IMG/VR virus record: IMGVR_UViG_3300028591_000083
Coordinates: 96,001 to 160,000 of that record
From: a virus
Lineage: Duplodnaviria > Caudoviricetes
DNA: 64,000 nt
Strand: one strand, 5' to 3'
The position numbers and the translations under genes were made by a program. The number at the start of each line of letters is the position of its first letter. Positions within the stretch are counted from its first letter, which is position 1. The notes under the pieces were generated by a model. That model was not told the DNA's origin. It ran no database searches and saw only the letters and a program-made list of their open reading frames with translations. This document shows, piece by piece, positions 56,874 to 64,000 of this stretch.

Positions 56874-57283
56874 AGCCTTTCAAAGCTAAATGTTTGATTT
56901 CTGTTTGTATAGTATATTTTTTTAATTCCAAAATCTTTAATCGCCGCCATGCAAACATCACACGGTCTTGCCAACCTGAAATCCCCGTCTTTCTTCTTTG
57001 AGATAATAACAATTTCACATTTATCAAACCGGAATTTTGGATGAACCTTACCAAGACAGTTTACCTCAGAATGTTCTTTATCAACAAAGTTCTCAATATA
57101 TTTTAGATCGGTTGTAAGTCTATATTTATTTTGCAGCGGAGAAGTTTTATCAGAATTGATACCAAAACTAACTACCTTTCCTTTATATATAAGAAAAGAT
57201 ACTGTTTTGGTATTCTTATATGGTTTATCTGTGTAGATATAATCGTACATTCTACACAAACTATTAAGCAATTTATTAGTCAT
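56870..57283 (-). CDS. Cytidine/dCMP-deaminase-fold zinc protein
   Basis: HSE...PCDVC...I...GIKKIYYT. Confidence 0.8.
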   Translation of the reverse strand: MTNKLLNSLCRMYDYIYTDKPYKNTKTVSFLIYKGKVVSFGINSDKTSPLQNKYRLTTDLKYIENFVDKEHSEVNCLGKVHPKFRFDKCEIVIISKKKDGDFRLARPCDVCMAAIKDFGIKKIYYTNRNQTFSFERL

Positions 57284-57289
57284 AATTAG

Positions 57290-57757
57290 TTAGTATTTAT
57301 CCAATGTGTTCAAAACCGTATCAATGTACTCATAGCATTCTTCATCATCAATAACGCCGTCCTCAGATAAATGAGATGCTAACCATGAAAAATAACAACT
57401 ACATACAAAATCAACATTGTTTTGGGCTACTTCAATATCGTCTGGGATTTCAATGTTTTCTTTTCTACAAACGGCTTTAAGCCTAGTAGAGAACCATTTA
57501 TAATTTTGTATCTGATCTCTTTTTACACCATACGTGTTATCATAAATGAAGTCTCTTTTTGGTAACTTCTTGCCACCTTTTAGAAATTCAATATCATACA
57601 GAAATGAGTAAATTTCCTGTTTCCAGTGATTTCGGTTTATATTGTTTGGAGATAATGTAAGGTACATTAGATGTTCAACGATTTTAGGTGTTACGTTTAT
57701 TAACCTTCTTTGAATTTCTTTTTTCTCCAACGCGAACTCAGTAATCAATCTAATCAC
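57290..57757 (-). CDS. Paralogue family A member 3 (DUF29-like)
   Basis: KIVEHLMYL...HWKQEIYSFL. Confidence 0.7.
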   Translation of the reverse strand: MIRLITEFALEKKEIQRRLINVTPKIVEHLMYLTLSPNNINRNHWKQEIYSFLYDIEFLKGGKKLPKRDFIYDNTYGVKRDQIQNYKWFSTRLKAVCRKENIEIPDDIEVAQNNVDFVCSCYFSWLASHLSEDGVIDDEECYEYIDTVLNTLDKY

Positions 57758-57766
57758 AATATCACC

Positions 57767-58216
57767 TCAAATAAGTTCATCTATCTTATTTTTGCATGAA
57801 CTCCTTGTTACTTTTCCTGATTTTGAAAGAGTATTCGACAACCACTTAAAATATTCGGCACAGATTATATCAAAATCTGTCTGTATGGAACCAATATCTT
57901 CCGGAATGTCAATATTTTCCTCCTCACAGATAGATTCAATTTGCCGATTAAAATATTCGTTATTCAAAATATTATCTTGCCAAACTCCATAAGTAGAGTC
58001 ATATATAAACCGTTCTGTCGGGAGTTTCTTTGTTGACTTCAAAATAGGTACGTTGTTAATAAACGCATATATTTCAGATGTCCAGTTATCTCTGTTCACA
58101 TTTTTCGGATCAAGAACAATGCATAGAAGGTGCTCAATAATTTCTACTGACCTGTCAATGAGCCTATCTTCCAGATGTCTCTTTTCAATAGCTAACTCTG
58201 TGAGCAATCTAATCAC
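57767..58216 (-). CDS. Paralogue family A member 4 (DUF29-like)
   Basis: EIIEHLLCI...NWTSEIYAFI. Confidence 0.7.
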   Translation of the reverse strand: MIRLLTELAIEKRHLEDRLIDRSVEIIEHLLCIVLDPKNVNRDNWTSEIYAFINNVPILKSTKKLPTERFIYDSTYGVWQDNILNNEYFNRQIESICEEENIDIPEDIGSIQTDFDIICAEYFKWLSNTLSKSGKVTRSSCKNKIDELI

Positions 58217-58568
58217 TGAAATAATCCTTTCTCCATGTTACTTCAATATGTCCACAATTTACACATTTAAGAACCTCAACTGTTGCATTCTCATGAGTTT
58301 CGACAATTTCATATAAACATGGATCAATTTCATCTTGTGTGCCTAGCAGACTAAATGAATCGCCGCATTTATTTGATTTCGAGCAAACATATTCAAATGT
58401 TCCGGTTACTACTTCTTCAGGATAACTTCTTCCTCCACCGTACCAACACTTATTTTGTGGAACATAAATAAAATCCTCATTATATACTCTAAACTTTGGC
58501 TTACCTTCAATGAGTGGAGTTATTTCCAGATCACCATGAAATGCTTTGTAACCTTCCGATTCAATCAT
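58209..58568 (-). CDS. Hypothetical protein, C-terminal Zn ribbon
   Basis: IDPC.YE..E...N.TV..L.C..CGH....W. Confidence 0.65.
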   Translation of the reverse strand: MIESEGYKAFHGDLEITPLIEGKPKFRVYNEDFIYVPQNKCWYGGGRSYPEEVVTGTFEYVCSKSNKCGDSFSLLGTQDEIDPCLYEIVETHENATVEVLKCVNCGHIEVTWRKDYFSD

Positions 58569-58601
58569 CTTTGAATCCTCCTATTTCATATTCTTAAATA
58601 T

Positions 58602-58630
58602 AGTATATCACAAAAATCATTCTTTGTCAA
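58602..58630 (-). promoter_or_regulatory. sigmaA-type promoter
   Basis: TTGACA-17-TATACT, -35 inside upstream ORF end. Confidence 0.75.
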
Positions 58631-58916
58631 TAGGTTTATCGAAATATTTATTTGCTTCCTCTACCAACTCTTTGATATCAGAAGCAATTACAGGAAAATC
58701 TACTCCACCTAAAGTTCTGAAACGACCGATATATGTATCATCTGTTAGATCGTGAAAACAGCTTTTCATAATCAGTCTATTATCTAGTGCTGCTTCAATA
58801 GCCGATTTACCAAGAAAGCTAAAATCTACTCGCTCAATATTTTCATCAATCTTTACAAATCTCATAAGAGATTCAGTTGCTTTCTTTACAATGTTTGCGC
58901 TTACCCTGCTTTTCAT
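58617..58916 (-). CDS. Hypothetical protein
   Basis: GGAGG RBS. Confidence 0.6.
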   Translation of the reverse strand: MKSRVSANIVKKATESLMRFVKIDENIERVDFSFLGKSAIEAALDNRLIMKSCFHDLTDDTYIGRFRTLGGVDFPVIASDIKELVEEANKYFDKPIDKE

Positions 58917-61113
58917 GTGTAGCTACCTCCAAATACAATTTATCGTTTTTCAATTTAACATTTATACTACTGTTTTCAAAACATCCAAACTTATCGCTAT
59001 TCAATATCAAATCATCTAAATATGATTCAATATTTCGTTCAATAAATCTTACTCCATTCTTTCTATCAAAGCTATGTTCACACATAAAGTCAATGGCTTT
59101 ATCACTAAATAGAATCTCTGTTCTTAATTTTTCCATATATCTTTGTGATATTTTTGATAGCTTTAGATTGAATATTCTACTAGATAATTCTTTTGTGATT
59201 GGCTTAAACATAATGATTGAATCTAATCTATTCCTGAACTCAGGAGATAGGAAGTTATTTACTGCGTTTGTCACCGCAGATTCTCTGAATTCTGTTTCAG
59301 TAAATCCGATTTGTTTTGTTTCAAGATATTCTTTACATCCTAGATTTGAAGTCATTATAATCAGACAGTTTCTAAAATCAACTGTTTCTCCATTTGCTTC
59401 TGTCAACCTACCGCAATCCATTATTTGAAGAAAAACATTCAATACATCTTTATGTGCTTTTTCAATTTCATCAAGAAGTATTACAGAAAATGGATTATGT
59501 TTAACGTGTTCTGTCAAGGCACCTCCTGCGTGAAATCCGACATAGCCGGGTGGAGAGCCAATAATTTTAGAAACTGAATGTGATTCCATAAACTCAGACA
59601 TATCTAATCGAATAAAACTTTCGTCTGAGAATATGTGTTTTGCAATTAGTTTACTCAATTCTGTTTTTCCTGTTCCTGTAGATCCTACAAAAAGAACAGA
59701 TGCTATTGGCTTTTCAACATTGTTTAGTCCTACAAAATAACGCTTGATGTACCGCATCATAGTATCTACGGCTTCATCCTGTCCAATAATAGATGCTTTT
59801 ATATCTTTGGTTATTTTATCTATGTCTGGTTTCTGTTGATCTTTTGTTTCAATATTTAAGTAACTCATAAGTAAGTTACTTACAAGTTTATTATCCGGAT
59901 CACAACCACTTAGCTTTGCCTGAACACATACTTTATCTAAAATATCTAACGCCTTATCTGGAAAATACCGATTCCGTATATACAAGTCACACATATCAAT
60001 AATACACTGACACACTGAATCTGATACTGTCACACCGTGAAATTTCTCATAAGCACTTTTTGAATTCTTTACGATTTCAAATGCTACTTCTTTCGTTGGT
60101 TCAGCAATATGAATTTTTTGAAATCTTCGTTCAAACGCCCTGTCTGTTTCAATCTTCCGGTACTCTTTTTCTGTCGTGCATCCAATGACAATAGATTCTC
60201 TTGAAAGAAAATTCTTTAATACACTTTCTATTGGAACACTATCACTATCACCTGTACCACTCGTAAACAATGTATGAATCTCATCAATGAACAGTATAAT
60301 ATTCCTATGTGATTCTAATTCTGAGATTAGTTCTTGAAGTCTTTTTTCAAGATCACCTCTATACGTGGTTCCACTTACTAACTTATTAGTGTCGAGTGAA
60401 AAAACACATTTACCTTCTAACTGTTTCGGGCATTTTTCTGATTGAATATAATTACAGATACCATAAACAACAGAGGTTTTACCTACACCTGTATTTCCAA
60501 CCAGAAGAACATTTGATTTTTTCATCTGACAAAGTGTTTTAATACTTTTTTCAATTTCAACTTCTCTTCCGAAACAATCACGATGTTTTATCATCAATGG
60601 ATTTATTAGATATTCACCATAAGCACATAACTTAGATGACATCGGATTTCCTATTTTTCCAACAATAAATGTGAGTACATCTTTACGTGCTTTTTCGGAA
60701 GCATTATTAAATAATGCATTTTCAAAAAATATGTAGCTTTTCAAACTCTTATTTGATAACAGCAGGTATGTAACATACTGAGTAAGAAGTTCTGAATCAA
60801 TCTTCTGCTTGTATGATCTGATAAAGAATAAATAATTATCTAAGAATTCCTCAAACTCATATGATAACTTTATATCCTCATACTCAAAATACTTCTTCTC
60901 TGCTGCACCATCTTGTTTCAACATCGTATTGATTACTTTGTCATAGCTTTCTTTTATATTATCTACTACAATCTTTTTTACAATTCCTTGTTGAACGCAT
61001 AAAGCGGAGAACAATTCTGTATCAATCACTTCATATTTATTTGGAAGCATTCTGAATGTAAGTTGTGCCGTTTTAGGTAGTTTTGTAAAAAAGTCTACAT
61101 ATTTTGATTGCAA
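58873..61113 (-). CDS. ClpA/ClpC-like double AAA+ unfoldase
   Basis: GNTGVGKT, LFIDEIH, ERRF, PDKA.D, GSTGTGKT, RLDMSEF, LLDEIEKAH, IGF loop, PEFRNRLD. Confidence 0.92.
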   Translation of the reverse strand: MQSKYVDFFTKLPKTAQLTFRMLPNKYEVIDTELFSALCVQQGIVKKIVVDNIKESYDKVINTMLKQDGAAEKKYFEYEDIKLSYEFEEFLDNYLFFIRSYKQKIDSELLTQYVTYLLLSNKSLKSYIFFENALFNNASEKARKDVLTFIVGKIGNPMSSKLCAYGEYLINPLMIKHRDCFGREVEIEKSIKTLCQMKKSNVLLVGNTGVGKTSVVYGICNYIQSEKCPKQLEGKCVFSLDTNKLVSGTTYRGDLEKRLQELISELESHRNIILFIDEIHTLFTSGTGDSDSVPIESVLKNFLSRESIVIGCTTEKEYRKIETDRAFERRFQKIHIAEPTKEVAFEIVKNSKSAYEKFHGVTVSDSVCQCIIDMCDLYIRNRYFPDKALDILDKVCVQAKLSGCDPDNKLVSNLLMSYLNIETKDQQKPDIDKITKDIKASIIGQDEAVDTMMRYIKRYFVGLNNVEKPIASVLFVGSTGTGKTELSKLIAKHIFSDESFIRLDMSEFMESHSVSKIIGSPPGYVGFHAGGALTEHVKHNPFSVILLDEIEKAHKDVLNVFLQIMDCGRLTEANGETVDFRNCLIIMTSNLGCKEYLETKQIGFTETEFRESAVTNAVNNFLSPEFRNRLDSIIMFKPITKELSSRIFNLKLSKISQRYMEKLRTEILFSDKAIDFMCEHSFDRKNGVRFIERNIESYLDDLILNSDKFGCFENSSINVKLKNDKLYLEVATHEKQGKRKHCKESN

Positions 61114-61119
61114 TTTTCA

Positions 61120-61380
61120 TCACCGCCAGAACTGTGGATTTTCGTACTTCCTGTACTCTGCATCAAGTTTCTTTAGCTTTCTGTCACACATATAAATCTT
61201 ATGATGTGTTTTCTGTCTCGTCAGTGTATATTCGCGCTTATCTTCAACAAGACCTTCTTTTAGTTTTTCACTCATTCTATCAAGATCAGCATAGTATTCC
61301 TCTATGCAATCTTTAAGTGTTTTTCTTTCTTTTTCAATAGTTCTTAAAATGAAATCTCTATCAATTTTCATTCCAAACAT
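61120..61380 (-). CDS. Hypothetical protein
   Basis: GAGGTG RBS after promoter. Confidence 0.6.
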   Translation of the reverse strand: MFGMKIDRDFILRTIEKERKTLKDCIEEYYADLDRMSEKLKEGLVEDKREYTLTRQKTHHKIYMCDRKLKKLDAEYRKYENPQFWR

Positions 61381-61398
61381 CTAGTTCACCTCATATCT

Positions 61399-61427
61399 AT
61401 TATAACACAAAGTATAGAAAAAGTCAA
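61399..61427 (-). promoter_or_regulatory. sigmaA-type promoter
   Basis: TTGACT-17-TATAAT. Confidence 0.8.
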
Positions 61428-61440
61428 GTATTACAACAAA

Positions 61441-61470
61441 AAATCACTCAGATATTTCTACCTGAGTGAC
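61441..61470 (-). terminator. Intrinsic terminator
   Basis: tcactcag...ctgagtga hairpin with T-run. Confidence 0.65.
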
Positions 61471-61557
61471 TATGATTCTTTCTTTTACACCGTGAATCTA
61501 CGGTGTTATCTAGCCAACAAGTTTTCTTTTTATCGTGGTTACTTTCCAACGCTGTCT

Positions 61558-62271
61558 TCATAACTCTAAGCTGTCTGCTGTTTGACTAATCCAACCTCTA
61601 TAATTCTTTGTTAGCTTACAAACAGCAACTCTTGGATCATTGAAACTTTGAAAATAATCCATATACTTTACAAATGAATCTTTTGGATCATCAATATCTT
61701 TTTGTAGGTTGTGTCCAATGACGATTACTTTACAATCATCATTTACTCTAGTGAGGATTTTCTTTAGATCTGGAAATCCGACATTTTGAGCTTCGTCAAT
61801 AATAACAACCTTATTCTCAAAGTTTGTTCCTCTTAGATATGTATGTGTTAGACATTTTACATAACCAGTTGATTCTTTATTTGCGGATGCTAATGAATCA
61901 TTATATATTGCCTTTGGCGGAAAAATATTACATTTAATCATTGCTTGATATAGCGGTTCAAAATAAACCTCTGATTTTTCTGTAATATCACCCGGCAAGA
62001 ATCCTTGTTTACCTTCACCGTATGGACTCACAACATAAATAATACCATCGTATTTTCCATACTCGTAAAGTAGATTTGCAGTTGCGAATGCCATGACCGT
62101 TTTGCCTGATCCGGCTCTGGCGTTGCAGAACACAATTCTAACAGACTCATCCCATATATTGTCTCTAAAATATCTTTGATCTTCATCTAATGTAAACCCA
62201 TAGAAAGGATGTTCAGAAAGTGTTTCCGGAGCATCTTTTGGTGCTTCAACTACTTTCTTTGGTCGTGCCAT
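61558..62271 (-). CDS. phoH: PhoH-family ATPase
   Basis: AGSGKT, GFLPG...EK, YLRGTNF, IIDEAQN, ILTR, G...Q.D. Confidence 0.92.
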   Translation of the reverse strand: MARPKKVVEAPKDAPETLSEHPFYGFTLDEDQRYFRDNIWDESVRIVFCNARAGSGKTVMAFATANLLYEYGKYDGIIYVVSPYGEGKQGFLPGDITEKSEVYFEPLYQAMIKCNIFPPKAIYNDSLASANKESTGYVKCLTHTYLRGTNFENKVVIIDEAQNVGFPDLKKILTRVNDDCKVIVIGHNLQKDIDDPKDSFVKYMDYFQSFNDPRVAVCKLTKNYRGWISQTADSLEL

Positions 62272-62286
62272 AAGGCATCACTCTCC

Positions 62287-62655
62287 TTAGAATAATTTTG
62301 GTTTTGATTTAGTGCTAAGATGTGTTAGAACAATATCTTCCTTCTTTTTCTTGATATCTGAGGATTTATGTGAATTATCTGCGCCTGTCACTATTTCAAC
62401 AAACCGAATATCGGAATCTTCATATTTACACCGAACATATTTTATTGACATTGTTTTAGATATAATATAAGCATCAAACTCATACTCATTAGCTGAAGAA
62501 GCTATTTCATCACTATATTTATCTGAATCCACATATGCCAAATAATATATTAAGCTGTCTGTTGCAGAAACGTATTTTAGTTTATTATTTATTAAATATT
62601 TTGAAGATATTGTTCTATTCTTTGGAATCTTTTTAATGTCTGATTGGAAGTCCAT
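62287..62655 (-). CDS. Hypothetical protein ending in KLF
   Basis: ...KSKPKLF*. Confidence 0.6.
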   Translation of the reverse strand: MDFQSDIKKIPKNRTISSKYLINNKLKYVSATDSLIYYLAYVDSDKYSDEIASSANEYEFDAYIISKTMSIKYVRCKYEDSDIRFVEIVTGADNSHKSSDIKKKKEDIVLTHLSTKSKPKLF

Positions 62656-63190
62656 TATTCACTGTTCCGGTATCTATTAAATCTTTAATTGGGTATGTTT
62701 TGAACGGTTCAACCCAATCCCATTCGTCAGCAACAAAGTTTGGAATATCTGAAATAGACTTATCCGTGTATCTTGTTTCAAGTTGATCTGTTACATATAC
62801 TGCTGTTTTTATCATATTAGGATACAAACACTTAATATAGTCTCTGTATACATATCTATACCCAGAGGCATATAAACCTTTCAGTATTTCAACAACTTGT
62901 TCTGTCAAAACGATTGGAAGTGATATACGTACATTAAATCCAAAATTATTCAATACTGTGATTATATCATCATTTTGCATTCTTGCTGTTTCTGGTATAA
63001 TCGTTGAGTGGATATCTGTTCCAAATGCGGCGAAATAAACTTCATTTGTATTATAGTCAATAACAGATATCTTTGTTCCTTCTAATTTATCTGAATTATA
63101 TTCAGATACGACAATCCTAAGACTGTCGTATCCTTCTGATCTTGCTTTAACTAATTGTTTCCAATTAGATATTTCTAAAATAGTATTCAT
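62633..63190 (-). CDS. Hypothetical protein
   Basis: AAGGTGG RBS. Confidence 0.65.
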   Translation of the reverse strand: MNTILEISNWKQLVKARSEGYDSLRIVVSEYNSDKLEGTKISVIDYNTNEVYFAAFGTDIHSTIIPETARMQNDDIITVLNNFGFNVRISLPIVLTEQVVEILKGLYASGYRYVYRDYIKCLYPNMIKTAVYVTDQLETRYTDKSISDIPNFVADEWDWVEPFKTYPIKDLIDTGTVNNGLPIRH

Positions 63191-63208
63191 TATTATACCA
63201 CCTTACAA

Positions 63209-64000
63209 TTAAGATGTTCTGACAGTCCAGCCGGTAGCGCCACCATTATAAACAACATAACCGGGACTAACACCATCACCTTCTTGTGCTGTGTATAGGT
63301 CGTTGATTTTAGGCTGAATTGCTTCAAGTCTGCCAAGAACAGAATACTGATCTGTTTGTCCGGCAGGTGCAGCTTTAGATGCCGCTCTATGAAGAATGTC
63401 ATACCATATTGTTCCAGACGTTGAATCTGTTCCTAGTTTTGTTGAAACGGAATTTACATTAGTTCCAACTCCGCTAATGCTGCCAAAAACAGAAGAACTG
63501 GATGTATCGCCAGAGTTTCCTATCTTACCGCTCACATTATTCACTGATCCAAAAATAGTAGATGTTCCTGTATCAGAATCAGAACCAAGTGTTGATTTGA
63601 CACTATTTACTTTTCCAAATACAGAGGTACTTGACGAGGAATCATCCGATGTTCCTATTGTAGAATATAGTGTTGGATGTCCATCTGTTCCAAAAGCTCC
63701 CAACTGATTCACACTAATATTTTCAAAATTCGCTTCCTCAATATCTGTTTGTTGTTTAACTGAACATGATACTGAACGTACAGTTCCTCCATAAGCGTCT
63801 GAATCATTTTCATCTCTAAGAGCTTTAGAAATAGTATACAAATCTGTATCAGCTTTAATATTTGTAGCAACCTTGTTTATCTTATCGTTTGTGGAAGATA
63901 GAACTTGTTGCATTGCACTATAACCAACATTCATTTGCTGCCCAAGACCAACAAAATCGTCACTTCCGATAACAAGTGTTTTTGCAAGCTCGGATGCCGT
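63209..64000 (-). CDS. Putative structural/fibrous protein, 5' end outside window
   Basis: Frame open to 64000; S/G/T-rich repeats (IG...D..S.VFG.V). Confidence 0.55.
   Translation of the reverse strand, partial: TASELAKTLVIGSDDFVGLGQQMNVGYSAMQQVLSSTNDKINKVATNIKADTDLYTISKALRDENDSDAYGGTVRSVSCSVKQQTDIEEANFENISVNQLGAFGTDGHPTLYSTIGTSDDSSSSTSVFGKVNSVKSTLGSDSDTGTSTIFGSVNNVSGKIGNSGDTSSSSVFGSISGVGTNVNSVSTKLGTDSTSGTIWYDILHRAASKAAPAGQTDQYSVLGRLEAIQPKINDLYTAQEGDGVSPGYVVYNGGATGWTVRTS

Noticed and set aside
1149-61427. Recurring tatagtataaca motif as an integron-like or mobile-element repeat
   Set aside because: Fully explained as the extended -10 box, always 17 bp from TTGAC[A/T].
61441-61557. Two hairpins as possible tRNA or ncRNA
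   Set aside because: No cloverleaf or T-loop signature; terminators explain them. A covariance-model search was not possible.
1-64000. Genome-wide stop-codon reassignment (TAG=Gln or TGA=Trp)
   Set aside because: Long genes, including fibre-like ones, are intact in code 11. TGA and TAA are normal terminators, and the few interruptions involve all three stops.

Overview
A 64-kb, AT-rich segment of a large lytic dsDNA phage genome, with essentially all real genes on the minus strand and tightly coupled. The host is probably a Bacillota/Ruminococcus-like anaerobe, judged from a Ruminococcus-type dockerin, a BspA-type LRR and sigmaA promoters. Most ORFs are small hypotheticals in early-type operons driven by 18 near-consensus TTGAC[A/T]-N17-TATA[C/A]T promoters with an extended -10. 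Recognisable genes are NAD-dependent DNA ligase (partial), RNase H, a 5'(3')-nucleotidase, ClpP, a ClpA/C-like ATPase, PhoH, guanylate kinase, a Zn deaminase, an RNA-repair set (Rnl1-type ligase, PNK-HD, metallophosphoesterase, cyclic-phosphate receiver domain), an orphan HicB and fibre-like proteins. A 6.6-kb DNA-modification operon (43560-50135) holds five amino-methyltransferases plus a Mom-like enzyme. The most unusual signals are: (1) all five methyltransferases, and one unlinked protein, end in the same K-L-F-stop peptide, a candidate clamp/replisome docking tag; (2) one methyltransferase is fractured by a free-standing HNH gene with no room for an intron; (3) a stand-alone phage dockerin; (4) a four-member paralogue family and other proteins sharing a short [L/I]-x-E leader like a prohead-protease/capsid-targeting signal; (5) several genes broken by single in-frame stops or simple-repeat slips. 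All family assignments are by motif recognition only; no searches were run.
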